This document shows, piece by piece, positions 34,478 to 45,904 of a stretch of DNA of 64,000 nt; positions within the stretch are counted from its first letter, which is position 1; each line of letters begins with the position of its first letter. The stretch is taken from the IMG/VR virus record IMGVR_UViG_3300021431_000081, positions 91,846 to 155,845 of that record; one strand, 5' to 3'. The notes below the pieces were generated by a model that was given only the letters and a program-made list of their open reading frames with translations, ran no database searches and was not told the DNA's origin. The DNA comes from a virus (taxonomy: Duplodnaviria > Caudoviricetes). The position numbers and the translations under genes were made by a program.

Positions 34478-35227
34478 ATGACAAAGAAAAAACAGAAAAA
34501 CTACAAACTGACCAACGGTGTTGTTTACGATCTGCATATTACTGGTAACACTCATATTCATGTATCTAAAGGGAATGAGAAATTGGGTGAAGGTGTTTAT
34601 AATATCAGTCTTCTTCCCGGTGACGCACCACTGAAAAGAAAGGATGGATTGCAGTTAACGAATATTGCAGGAACTTGTGGTGGCTGCTGTGAAGGATGCA
34701 AGAAAGCCTGCTATGCAATCAAATCTGCAAAGGTACATCATAATAAAGTTATCCCTGCATGGGGTGAGAATACCATGCTTGCAAGAGAAGATATGAAAAC
34801 GTTCTTTGCAGAACTGCAGACGTTTCTTGATAGAACAGAAGTAAGTACCATGAGAATCCATGTTGGCGGTGAGTTTTTCTCATTTGAATACATGGCTGCT
34901 ATGGTACAGTTTGCACAGAGAAACGAAGAGGTACAGTTCTACTTCTACACCAAACGGTTTGAATGGTTGGAAGCAACGGAAGATGTTTTCGGTGGAGAAC
35001 TTCCTAAGAATGTTCATCCGCTTGTTTCGATTTGGCATAAGAACTATAGCAATCCCAGGGGATTTGCGGAGTTCATTTATGATGACGGAACAGAACCTGA
35101 ACTGAAACATGTTCATCATTGTCCTGCAGTGGATAAGAACGGACATGAAACTGGTGTAACTTGTGCAAAATGCAGAAGATGCCGTAATGCCAAGAAGGGA
35201 GATAAGATTGCGGTATATGCACATTGA
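34478..35227 (+). CDS. GP88-like (radical-SAM-related) Cys-rich protein
   Basis: GNEKLG, TCGGCC..C...CYA, RIHVGGEF, YTK and C-terminal CP...TCAKCRRC motifs. Confidence 0.75.
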   Translation: MTKKKQKNYKLTNGVVYDLHITGNTHIHVSKGNEKLGEGVYNISLLPGDAPLKRKDGLQLTNIAGTCGGCCEGCKKACYAIKSAKVHHNKVIPAWGENTMLAREDMKTFFAELQTFLDRTEVSTMRIHVGGEFFSFEYMAAMVQFAQRNEEVQFYFYTKRFEWLEATEDVFGGELPKNVHPLVSIWHKNYSNPRGFAEFIYDDGTEPELKHVHHCPAVDKNGHETGVTCAKCRRCRNAKKGDKIAVYAH

Positions 35228-35294
35228 TAAATAAATAAATTAAAAGTTAGTACATATTGTAGCATTGAAAATCACAAAGAAAAGGAGTATATTT

Positions 35295-38200
35295 ATGATG
35301 AATAAAGAAATTAAAAAGAACGGTAACGAGTGGATGACAGCTTACAAACTGATGCGGTTGGGTAAAGATGGAGGTGTGTATCCACTCTTTATTAATAAGA
35401 AGGAAGAGACACAGTTTGGTGTGCCACTCAAGGCAGAGTGTTTTCCGACAAAGGGTTTCGCTATACGGACTGGATGGCACTGTTGCTTTAAGCCAATTGC
35501 TCCTCATCTTAAAGAGGAACTTGCATCTGGAGAGAAGAGAGTGTGGGTGGAAGTAAAGGTAAAGGACTGGGAAAGTTATAATCGCCCTGAAAGTCAGGGT
35601 GGTGCATGGATACTGGCACAGATGATGGAAGCTGTCAGATGTTTGACGAGTGATGAAGTGAAAGCAATTAGAAAGGAAGTGATGGCATGAGTATGGAATT
35701 AACTCGTGAACAGGCAATCAACACATTATTGAGCAATCTGGTGTTTGATGAATCCAGTATTCAGGAAAATTCACATGCAAGCGAATTTTATATCAAACAT
35801 CTGATGAATGGATATCATGTATTTGATATTGATCGTGCAGCATGGTTAAATACATTACTTCAGTATGATGTAGATATAGAGAAAGCATTAAAGATTGATG
35901 ATTATCTCTTTAATATGACAGATGAAGTTGACATAATGGATTTGACCATCAAAGATAAAGAACTTGTCGAAAAGGCAAATGAAGAGTTAAATCTTGGATT
36001 GAATTTCAGTAAGTGGTTAACCGAAGAAGTACCTGTATACCAGTACTTTAATGAGAAAGGAGAGCGGATAGCATGACCAATGACGTCACCTATAAATTTA
36101 TCACAGTTAAAGAACTGGTAGATTATTTATTTGCGCATCCTGAAAAGGAAGTCGGTTTTACCAGTGACGATCCATCTAACAAAGATGATGATTTGTTTAT
36201 GCCTAGTGGATGGTACGGAATTAAGTACACCAAAGCATTTGATGGTAATACATTCTTATGTGGATATTACGGGGAAGGAGTTGATATGGTACTTAAAGTA
36301 GATCCAAATGATTATGATGGGATTTACAAAGAATTAAACTTTTATTGGTTTACTGAATTCTTGGGTGGAAGAGAAAAGGATAAGATATATATTGATGCTG
36401 ATACACTGCTTTGTGTTGACGCAGGAGATCTGAAATAATTAATTGATGAATTATAACTGAATAAATTACAATATTATGTATTCAATATAGAAAAGGAGAT
36501 AAGATTATGGCAGCGAATGTAGAATGGATGTTTAGTGGAAATAATACCCCGGTGTGGCATGGAATCGGGACGATAATTTCTGGGACTCTTTCCAGTAATG
36601 AAGCTATTCAGGCAGCAGGACTTGATTGGATTGTAAAGCCTATGCCTATTTATGATCATCTTGGAAGAGAAATCTCTGGCTTTAAGGTAAACACTCGTAT
36701 GTCTGATAATAAACTTCTGGGAGTAGTTACTGATAAATATAGAGTAGTACAGAATGCAGAAGCATTCGCATTCACTGACGCACTTCTTGGCGCAGGTGTA
36801 CAGTATGAAACGGCAGGTTCTCTAGCAAATGGTAAGCGTGTATGGATGCTTGCCAGAATGGAAAACACTATGCTTGCTGAAGAAAATATTGATCCTTATC
36901 TGGTATTTACAAATGCACATGATGGTAAAGGTGCAGTGAGAGTTGCAATTACGCCTGTTCGTGTGGTGTGTCAGAATACTCTTAACCTGGCACTTCGTGA
37001 TGCTTCTCGTCATTGGTCCTGCGTACACAAGGGAGATATCCAAAGTAAACTGGATGAAGCCAGATACACCCTTGCAAGTGCTGAGAGATACATGAAAGCA
37101 CTGGAAGAGGAATTCGGTGAACTGAAATTGAAAACACTCTCTGATAATAAAGTAGAACAGATGACAGATAAGCTGTTAGAACTGGAATTCAATGATATCT
37201 ACAACAAGGCAATTAAGAAGGGAAGTTCGGCAGTCATTCAGTTAAAGGAAGAACTGAAGAGACAGAAATACGAAGATAAGTTGAATAAAAAACGTGCTGA
37301 GATCCTTACTATCTATCATGAAAAACCTGATCTGGTAGGTACAGAAAAGAGTGCATTCCGTTTTGTAAATGCAGTAAGCGATTATGCTACTCATACTACG
37401 GATCATAAACAGACTAAAAACTATCAGGAAAATCTGTTTATGAAAACGATTGATGGTAATAACCTGATTGATACTGCTTATACACTTGCACTTGCTGTTT
37501 AATGAAAGGAAGAAGAGATATGAAAAAAGAACTCAAAGAAATGTTAAAAAACGAATATGTTTTGGATTATGGTTTTCTTCGTGAGGGGAAAAGATCAAAA
37601 AATGGAAAGAAAGTAAGAATTTCTGGAATTCATTGGGTAGAAGTAGATGGAATAAATATTTGTGATTTACCTGATGAAAGGCTTGATGAAGCATTACATG
37701 CAAAAAGAAACATTAATCTTAGCGCAATGTATAATTGGGCAAAACTTGAATTAAATGCGGAGGAACAGAAACAGATTGCAAAAATTCTGTACAAAGCATT
37801 AGAAAGAAAACCAAATCTTAAAGAATATAGTAGGATCGAAGATGAAGAATATAATATTCTGTGGAAAGACTAATGCTTAAATATATACCGACCCAGAGCG
37901 GTATATCTCTGGGAATTCTCTTTAAGAAAGGAAAAGTATAGATGATTACTATAAAAAATAGAGAAGTTAAATCATATTATTTATCCAAAAATACCATGAG
38001 TTTTAAAGTGTGGATGCTTTTTGACAATATTCTTAATTATGTTGAAACAATTCCTATTCCTATAACAGAAAGACGAGCCATATTACATAAATTATTAAAT
38101 AATGTTCCTGGTTTAAGTTATGAAGAAATTGACGAGATGGAATTTAATTAAAAACTATTTTAGAAGAAAGGAAGTCGTTATTATGATGTTTAATTTAAAA

Positions 38201-40462
38201 CAAGTGAAAGAATTTGCTGAAAAGAATTTCTGCGATAATTCTCCCCGTCAGTTGTATGTAGATGATAAGGAATTCGCTGTTACTAATCCCTGGATAGATC
38301 GTAGTGGAAGATTTGAATTAACAGATGAAGAAGCTGTAAGAGAATGGGGATTGGAACTGATTATAACATTTTGTCTTAGAGCAGATCAAAGAATGATGAT
38401 CGAAAGAAAATTAAATAGATAAAGTAATAAGAAAGGAAGAATGTAGATGAGATTATATGATGGAAAGAAAGTAGTAAATATTGAAATGTGCGTATGGAAT
38501 GGAAATGGTTATGATCCTGACTGGAGTGAAGATTTCTTTGAAGCAGGATGCTTAGTATATAATGAGATGGTAAATGTCTATTATGTATTTGATGTAGATT
38601 ATTGTATTGATGCAGCCAATGAATGGGCTGATGAAGATGAAAATAATTATGTATTCGTTGAGGAGGAGGAAGAACTGTGAGCATCATGATTGATCGAATG
38701 GAAAAGAAGTATGGAATTGTAATTCGAGATGATAGTTTTTGGAGTCCATTAAAAAGAAAGTATATTAAATGTTATAGGATCTATACTGCAGACGGTTGTC
38801 CTTGGGAGAATGGATTAACTTATAGAGGGCTTCAAATGGAATGTAAAAATTATGGTGATACATTTAAAGAAATTAAAAGAAAGGTGGAAGGAAAATGACA
38901 ATCAAAGAACTGACAAGAAATATGTGGTATGCTCAAAATATTAAGGTTTTAAGAGAAAAAGATGGAGTAATATTTTATGATTTCAACTGGCGATTACGTA
39001 GTGAATCATGTAAATATCTCTTAAATAAAGAAGTATTAAATTTCGGCGCTGATAATAGTGACATTGTTATTAAAATAAATAATTAAATAAAATAGGGGAA
39101 TATATTAATAAATTATAAGGTGGTGTATAAAATGACTTTAGTATGTATTTATGCAGATACTGCACAGGGTTTATTTACGGAAGAGGAATGCGAACTTGAT
39201 AATCTGGTATATGTGTGGTTTCCAAGTGAAATCGTAAGAGCATTTTACGAAGAGATGGTTGATCACAACGGTACATTCGAAGAATGGTATAACGAAGAAT
39301 ATACCGCTGATGATACCTGTGAATTATATGACTACGCAAAGCGAAATGGATTTTATGCCAGTCGTGATGGAAGTCAGTCAATGCTTAGAAGATATTAAGG
39401 AGAATATGTATGGAATTTTATTGGGATCTGACAGAAGAGAATTTTAATTCTTTACAAAAGAATTTTGTTCAGAATTTTATTGGTTGTGTAAGAGTTGGTG
39501 ATATATGTTTTGATATTGTAGAAAGGAGTCCTAGTGATTGGGAAAAAGATGGATGCTTCTTAACGGCTGACTTGTATGTTGGTGGTGCTGATAGTGGATA
39601 TGGTTATTCAAGTATAGATGATTGGTATCCATATGACGAACGAGATGGTTATTGTTTTGATAAAAAAGTATATTCCATGACATATGAAGAGTTCAAAGAA
39701 TATGCAGAGAAAACATTAAGTGAATTTATTGATTACTGTAATGATGAAGAAGTAAAAGCGAAAGCAAAAATGCCGTTGCATATTTGGTGAAGAAATAAAT
39801 TATAATAAGGAGATATACATGATTACAATTAAAGCTACAAACATTATGACCAAAACCACTTTTGTTGATGTACTGCCACTGAATAATCCCATGCATGCTG
39901 TGAAATATATGAAGCAGCAGATAGCGAAAGTAAAACGGAATGAAGATAATGATAATTGGAATGAGAAATTTTGGAGGATGTGGGTGAAATGAAGTGAGTA
40001 ATAATAATAGAATGTTTCAACTTCATGCATTTAGTAACTCTCTATTCGGGGATTGCCTGGATGGAATTGATTTGGGCGTGAGACTTGATCTGTATGATTG
40101 GAAGGTAGATTACTGTTATATTGAAAAAGTTGAATTGGAAGGAAAGTAAAACTATGGATTATGTTTATCATTCTAGATCACCGACTATATGTTAAATTCA
40201 AGGGTTTGACACTAAGGTAAACAACAATTATAATAAAAAAGAAAGAGGGTTGATGCAAATGAAACGCAAGAATCTCTATAAGATTTCAAGGTTCGTAGGA
40301 ATTGATTGTGGCACGATCATCCCGCTGCCCAGAGTAAGTAGACAGAGGGAAAAGGGACATATTAAGGATATCTGGTGTCCAATGTGCGGTAAAACTCATG
40401 GGTTTAGAGAGTACAAACAGAATGAGTTTTACATGAATATGTATGGAGAGGTTGTGAGTTGA
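35295..40462 (+). other. Small hypothetical genes: 35295-35690, 35687-36076, 36073-36438, 37502-37873, 37942-38151, 38120-38422, 38447-38680, 38677-38898, 38895-39086, 39120-39398, 39410-39790, 39819-39992, 40250-40462 (Zn ribbon)
   Basis: Tandem ORFs with RBSs and overlapping stop/start codons. Confidence 0.7.
36507..37502 (+). CDS. DUF932 family phage/plasmid protein
   Basis: PVWHGIG, AAGLDW, YRVVQN, ETAGSL, NAHDG and RVVCQNTL motifs. Confidence 0.9.
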   Translation: MAANVEWMFSGNNTPVWHGIGTIISGTLSSNEAIQAAGLDWIVKPMPIYDHLGREISGFKVNTRMSDNKLLGVVTDKYRVVQNAEAFAFTDALLGAGVQYETAGSLANGKRVWMLARMENTMLAEENIDPYLVFTNAHDGKGAVRVAITPVRVVCQNTLNLALRDASRHWSCVHKGDIQSKLDEARYTLASAERYMKALEEEFGELKLKTLSDNKVEQMTDKLLELEFNDIYNKAIKKGSSAVIQLKEELKRQKYEDKLNKKRAEILTIYHEKPDLVGTEKSAFRFVNAVSDYATHTTDHKQTKNYQENLFMKTIDGNNLIDTAYTLALAV

Positions 40463-41091
40463 TGATTGGAATTATATTCTTTTGTTTTATGATTGCTGCT
40501 GTGTTAGCTGAAAAAACAAGAATATATATATATAATAAAGAAGCAAGGGAAAAAGCGATAAAAAAAGGAAAAAATTTTTATTATAATAATAATGGAGCAA
40601 AGCAGTCAGTTTATGATAACAGATTATTATTTGAAACAAACTGGGGTTGCGGAAAAGTATATGTAGACGCAAATGATATGTCAAAAATTATATATGACGA
40701 AGGAATAGATTTTTTAAAAAAGTTTAACGATGAACCATATATGAAAGAAGCAAAAGGAGAATATGGTTTTATTTATCGAACGATCGGAAGTAGTAATGTA
40801 ATAGGTAAACGAGAATTGTTTTATTTTGACAAAGAAACACATAAACCATACTTATTGTTTTTAATTTCAAAAGGGAGTAATGACATTAATGACTGGGTTT
40901 ATTGTATGTCATATTTTAAAAACGATGTAGTTCCAAATAATATAAACATACAAAGTAATAAAAAACGAATATATGATTATTCGATTAAATGGTGCAATTT
41001 TGATACTTCGTCTTTTAGAATCCTTACTAAAAGTGAAATAAAGTATTATGATTTAGATAAGGCGTATGCAAATTTTTCTGATTATGAATAA
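40459..41091 (+). CDS. Membrane-anchored hypothetical protein
   Basis: N-terminal hydrophobic helix; AT-rich. Confidence 0.65.
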   Translation: MMIGIIFFCFMIAAVLAEKTRIYIYNKEAREKAIKKGKNFYYNNNGAKQSVYDNRLLFETNWGCGKVYVDANDMSKIIYDEGIDFLKKFNDEPYMKEAKGEYGFIYRTIGSSNVIGKRELFYFDKETHKPYLLFLISKGSNDINDWVYCMSYFKNDVVPNNINIQSNKKRIYDYSIKWCNFDTSSFRILTKSEIKYYDLDKAYANFSDYE

Positions 41092-41105
41092 AAGGAGATT
41101 GTATA

Positions 41106-42092
41106 ATGAATGGGCGTGAAGAATATCAAAGACATTTACAAAATAAAAACGAGACTTTTGTGTTGAAACATCCACAATTGAGATATTTTAGAAATTATAT
41201 TAGTGATATGAGTGAAGCAAGCATATATAATTATTTGTTATGTGTTAATCAGTTTAACGATTATATAGAGAAACCAGTAAGATTATTGAACGCTAATGAT
41301 TTTTATGATTATATGTCTCATGTAAAAAATAAAAATAATGGCGAAATTAGGAATAATAGTAATATTCTAAACATTTATCATGCATTAAAGCGGTATGGAG
41401 ATTATTTAGAAAATAGTGGTATTTTAAAAGACAATCCTATGAAAAAGGTAAAAAGACCGAAAGCAAAAGAAAGCCAAAAAACAATAGATAAAAGAAACAA
41501 TGGATATTTGACAGATCAAGAAATTTCTATTGTAATTAATAATATTTCTCAGGCAATTAACAACGACTCTCTGAAAGAGAAAACTGAAGCAATTCGTGAT
41601 AAGGCAATAATTTATATTTTTCTTTCTACAGGTATTAGGTGTTCGGCTTTATGTAATTTAGACTTAAATAATTATAACGCTAATGAAAATACTTTATTAG
41701 TTACTGATAAAGGAGATAAAACAAAATATTATTCCTTAAATATGGCCACCTCTAAGGCAATAATGGAATGGATTCAGTACAGAAGTAATTTTATAAGAGA
41801 TCATAATTTATTAAAAGATGCTCCTTTATTTCTTAGTGAAGGTGGAATAAGAATTACTGGTACAATTGTTACTACTATAGTAAAAAAATACACAGCAAAC
41901 ATCGAGGGAAAACATATTACTCCTCACAAACTTCGTGCTACCTACGGCACACAGCTTTACGAGGCAACAAAGGATATTTACTTTGTACAGAAAGCAATGG
42001 GACACAGTTCGCCTACTACTACTGAAAGATATATCAGAGGTCAACATGATACTACAAAGAAAGCCTCAGACATTATGGAGAATCTTCTCTAA
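41106..42092 (+). CDS. Tyrosine recombinase (XerC/D-like; SPbeta YopP-like)
   Basis: Complete catalytic set: TGIR, DKG, HKLR, MGHS, TERY. Confidence 0.92.
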   Translation: MNGREEYQRHLQNKNETFVLKHPQLRYFRNYISDMSEASIYNYLLCVNQFNDYIEKPVRLLNANDFYDYMSHVKNKNNGEIRNNSNILNIYHALKRYGDYLENSGILKDNPMKKVKRPKAKESQKTIDKRNNGYLTDQEISIVINNISQAINNDSLKEKTEAIRDKAIIYIFLSTGIRCSALCNLDLNNYNANENTLLVTDKGDKTKYYSLNMATSKAIMEWIQYRSNFIRDHNLLKDAPLFLSEGGIRITGTIVTTIVKKYTANIEGKHITPHKLRATYGTQLYEATKDIYFVQKAMGHSSPTTTERYIRGQHDTTKKASDIMENLL

Positions 42093-42114
42093 TCTACAAA
42101 GAAGGGAGACTATT

Positions 42115-42528
42115 ATGGTACAGTCTAATATTGATAACTATAATATTCGTTTTATCTATGGCGATGAAGAAACAAAAGAAGTCTTCTTTTATGATAATGA
42201 TAAAAATATACTTCCTACTGAATGGAAGTATCCATGTAAAATGTATGGTTATGTAGATTCTTGTCATCCACATTCATTTCATGAATGCAAACATTCTAAA
42301 CTCTGGGAAGATGTAACTGGAATAGTAGATAAATTACAGGAAGAGGACAATCTGTCAGAAGACAAACGATATATTGTTTGCTATTATGAAGTAGATGAAA
42401 ATTACGATCTGTTTCAGAAAGTAGATTGGAATATTACTAAACAGGAAATTATTAACAATGTACTGGCACAGAAATATTTCGAAGGTGCTGATTATTATTT
42501 AATGGAGGAATTAATGGATGCAGAGTAG
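42115..42528 (+). CDS. Hypothetical protein
   Basis: MVQSNIDNY start after AAGGGAG. Confidence 0.7.
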   Translation: MVQSNIDNYNIRFIYGDEETKEVFFYDNDKNILPTEWKYPCKMYGYVDSCHPHSFHECKHSKLWEDVTGIVDKLQEEDNLSEDKRYIVCYYEVDENYDLFQKVDWNITKQEIINNVLAQKYFEGADYYLMEELMDAE

Positions 42529-42802
42529 AAGCGAAATAATAAATGAAATTAGAAATACATTGGAAGCAGCGAAAATTTTTGTTAATGAAATCTATTTTTA
42601 TGATGTTGACTTACCCATTGTTGTTATAAAATTATATTCAGGATGGGGTGGAAATTACACGAAAATAATTGATATTCTGGAAAAAGCAGGTTATTTACAT
42701 ATTAAAGAAAACATTTACCGTAACGAAGTAGGAGTAGTACATCTTCATTACTTTATGTTACCAAAGAATAAAATAATTAAAACAAAAGAATATACAATAT
42801 AA
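42518..42802 (+). CDS. Hypothetical protein
   Basis: Overlaps the preceding gene; has an RBS. Confidence 0.65.
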   Translation: MQSRSEIINEIRNTLEAAKIFVNEIYFYDVDLPIVVIKLYSGWGGNYTKIIDILEKAGYLHIKENIYRNEVGVVHLHYFMLPKNKIIKTKEYTI

Positions 42803-42941
42803 TCAATGTATACACATTAATATTAATACTCTTATATATATTAATGTGGGTCATATAGGTGTAAACTAAATTATATTAACTCTATACTTTAGAATATTAA
42901 GTGATACATGTCTATGACATTATATAACAAAGGAGATACTT

Positions 42942-43949
42942 ATGATTAGAAAAGCAAATATTAGTTGGAGAGCAAAACAGATTACTAAGATGGTAGATAA
43001 TGGTACTATTGTTTCGGATCATATTGTCCAGAGATCTTTGGTCTGGGATAAAAACCGTAAATCTTTGTTGATTCATAGTATGTTAGTTGGTTACCCTATG
43101 GGACCTGTGTATGCAGCGAAAGATGAAAATAGGTATGATTTATTAGATGGTAAACAGAGAATTAATACTATTGTTTCTTTCAGGAAGGGAGAATTTAAGT
43201 TATCTGATAATCTTCCTGCCATTGATGTGGAAATGGATTATGGTATGGATACTGTGGATATCAGTGGTATGACTTATGATGAATTACCTGAAGCAGCAAA
43301 GGATTTGTTTGATGATTATTCTGTTACAGTATATTATTTTGATGAATTGACAGATGAAGAAATCAATGAGATGTTCTTTCGTTTGAATAATAATGTACCG
43401 TTAAGTGCTATTGAACTTACCAGAGTAAGAACAAAGAGTATTGAGACAGTACGGAAACTTGCACAGCATGAATTGTTTACATCTGCTTTGACCAAAGCAG
43501 CTATGGCAAAGTATGCAAATGAAGATATTGTCATGAAGTCATTTGTATTACTTAGAGATAGGGAAAGTGATATTAGTACTAAGACTGTTCGTAGTATTAT
43601 GGAAGTAGAAAATATTACAGAGGATGATATTCAGCGTCTTACAGATGTATTTGATATAATTTATGATGCGTATGGCGAAGAAGAGCATAAACGTACTAAG
43701 AAAAAAATTGTAACCAGAATTCATCTTATTAGTTTAGTACCTGTAATTGACAAGTGTCTTGAAGATGGCTTCGTTGAGCGGGATCAGATTTTGGATTGGA
43801 TTCATGAATTCTTTAGTCCTATGAAAGAAGCTAGTATATCTGAAGTATATAATAGTTATGTTGGTTCTGGATCTGCCAGAAAAGAAGCTGTTATGAAACG
43901 GTATGAAAGTATGATGACAAGTTTGGAAGAATATGTAAAAGAGAATTAA
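42942..43949 (+). CDS. DUF262 (GmrSD ParB-like) domain protein
   Basis: QRSLVW, LLDGKQR and FFRLN motifs. Confidence 0.88.
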   Translation: MIRKANISWRAKQITKMVDNGTIVSDHIVQRSLVWDKNRKSLLIHSMLVGYPMGPVYAAKDENRYDLLDGKQRINTIVSFRKGEFKLSDNLPAIDVEMDYGMDTVDISGMTYDELPEAAKDLFDDYSVTVYYFDELTDEEINEMFFRLNNNVPLSAIELTRVRTKSIETVRKLAQHELFTSALTKAAMAKYANEDIVMKSFVLLRDRESDISTKTVRSIMEVENITEDDIQRLTDVFDIIYDAYGEEEHKRTKKKIVTRIHLISLVPVIDKCLEDGFVERDQILDWIHEFFSPMKEASISEVYNSYVGSGSARKEAVMKRYESMMTSLEEYVKEN

Positions 43950-44011
43950 TTAAATTTGTTACTGTTGTTGTATCAACCGCCCCGGAGGTTACGAGGGCAG
44001 GAAGGAAGAAT

Positions 44012-44227
44012 ATGCAAGTGTTGACCGGGACTAAAAGAGAAATAACGATCACGCTATGGGATGAACAGATAGCCAAAGCGAAAAAACGGCTTGCAGATAG
44101 CAAGAAATGTTTTGAACTATACGGCGATAATAAGGATTGGATTACAGAGGACGAAAAGAACCTTGCTGAACTCGAACAGCACAAAAGAGAAGCGATTGCG
44201 TATATGGATGAACACGGAATTATGTAA
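44012..44227 (+). CDS. Small hypothetical protein flanked by GC-rich direct repeats
   Basis: 71 aa ORF between two TCAACC(C)GCCCCGGA copies. Confidence 0.7.
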   Translation: MQVLTGTKREITITLWDEQIAKAKKRLADSKKCFELYGDNKDWITEDEKNLAELEQHKREAIAYMDEHGIM

Positions 44228-44347
44228 GGTCAACCCGCCCCGGAAGTGATTGAAGCCCGGATCGCATGGGTAAATGAGTATATAACATAAGAGATAATTG
44301 ATTTAATGTTTTAATAGGTAAATAGCATTGTAGATAAGGAGATTAGT

Positions 44348-44578
44348 ATGAATAATATTAGACGTAAGAAAATTCGTTTGGTTATGCAGGAACTTGAAAA
44401 GCTTATGGAAGAGATCAATGAAATTCATGATGAAGAGCAAGATTCATTTGATAATTTATCAGAGGGCTTGCAGATGAGTACGATGGGAGAACGAATGGAA
44501 GAATGTATAGATAATTTAGATGAAGCATTAGATTTAATGGATGAACTTCATGATAAATTAGAAGATGTTTCGCTTTAG
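44348..44578 (+). CDS. Coiled-coil hypothetical protein
   Basis: AAGGAG RBS; acidic helical sequence. Confidence 0.75.
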   Translation: MNNIRRKKIRLVMQELEKLMEEINEIHDEEQDSFDNLSEGLQMSTMGERMEECIDNLDEALDLMDELHDKLEDVSL

Positions 44579-44581
44579 TCC

Positions 44582-44610
44582 TTGACAAGACGATAAATTG
44601 AAGATAAAAT
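44582..44610 (+). promoter_or_regulatory. SigA-type promoter
   Basis: TTGACA-17 bp-TAAAAT upstream of the DGQHR gene. Confidence 0.8.
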
Positions 44611-44632
44611 AATAGAAAAGGAGGTAAGCATT

Positions 44633-45904
44633 ATGTTATATGAGAGAACGCAATTGGAACTGGCATTAAACAAGATCATTAAAAAGAAAACGTATAATAC
44701 GGATTTACTAAATGAAATGACCTTTTATCTGGAAGATAAGTATGAAATGCCCCTTTTGGATTCTCTGGCTTACTTCCATGGTGAACAGGATTTAGCTACT
44801 GCAAATCAACATGTATTGTTTTGTTTAGCAGATGGGATGGATCATTGCCTTAACATGCATCTTGTTGATCAATATTTTACCGATGCTGAAAAAGAAGTTG
44901 GTTATAGTTATAAGTTTGATACAGGGAAACTAAAATTACCATTAAGATTTAAAATGATTCAGGTCAGTGAAGATTCTTGGATAGGCAGTATAGATACCAA
45001 CACTCTTATACAATTACAAGATAGCGATTTTATTAATTATAATGCCAGTACACAAAGAGTATTAAGCATTACGTTTGTATCAAAAGAAAGAAAAATTGTT
45101 CGTCCTTACATTAATCAGAAAACAGTCAAAACAATTCAAGAAGAATTACATAATAGAAGCTTTATATCCAATACGATTACATTAAATATACCGCTAGGAT
45201 CTGGTAAGTTCTATTATGATAACAAGAAGAATGAATTGGTTATTACTGAATTAAGCAGTCTAGACATTATTGATGGATATCATAGATTATTAGCTATTAT
45301 TAGGGAAAAGAATTCAAATCCTGATTTTAACTATCCTATGGAATTAAGAATAACCAATTATGATGTAAGTAAAGCAAAACAATTTATTTATCAGGAAGAA
45401 CAGAAAACACAGATGAAGAAAGGTGATATAAACACTTATAATACCTTTTCACCTGCGAATAGAGTGATTAATAAACTGAATGAAGACGCCATGTGTGTAA
45501 TTCAAGGAAAAATAGGTACAACAAAAGATAGTATCATTTCACATAGCTTATTACTTCCTATTATAGAAGGATTGTGGTTTAAAGACATGCCTATGTCTGA
45601 AGTGGGCAGTAAATGGCTAACTGTAGAAAAAGAACTTACAGATGGATTTAATGATTATTACGGTACTTATCCTGACAGATTGAATCAGAAAGCAAGTTAC
45701 AGAGAGTTACTATCAATTGTGTCTGTGATCCATTTTAAGTCAACAGGGTACATTGTTATTAGTAATTTGGCAGCTACAATTGATCGGGTGATAAAATATA
45801 TATCCGAAAATATTGATGCAAATTCTCCAATATTTGTATTAAGAAAATACCCTAAAAAAGCAGCATTGAAATTGATTAAGGAGGTTGTTGAGAGTGAATC
45901 CTGA
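44633..45904 (+). CDS. DGQHR/DndB-like protein (SPbeta YopQ-like)
   Basis: YNASTQR, NTITLN and IIDGYHR motifs; synteny with the downstream recombinase-fold gene. Confidence 0.8.
   Translation: MLYERTQLELALNKIIKKKTYNTDLLNEMTFYLEDKYEMPLLDSLAYFHGEQDLATANQHVLFCLADGMDHCLNMHLVDQYFTDAEKEVGYSYKFDTGKLKLPLRFKMIQVSEDSWIGSIDTNTLIQLQDSDFINYNASTQRVLSITFVSKERKIVRPYINQKTVKTIQEELHNRSFISNTITLNIPLGSGKFYYDNKKNELVITELSSLDIIDGYHRLLAIIREKNSNPDFNYPMELRITNYDVSKAKQFIYQEEQKTQMKKGDINTYNTFSPANRVINKLNEDAMCVIQGKIGTTKDSIISHSLLLPIIEGLWFKDMPMSEVGSKWLTVEKELTDGFNDYYGTYPDRLNQKASYRELLSIVSVIHFKSTGYIVISNLAATIDRVIKYISENIDANSPIFVLRKYPKKAALKLIKEVVESES

Noticed and set aside
42942-45904. GmrSD restriction or Dnd phosphorothioation system
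   Set aside because: No DUF1524/HNH partner and no dndACDE; synteny fits the SPbeta regulatory module
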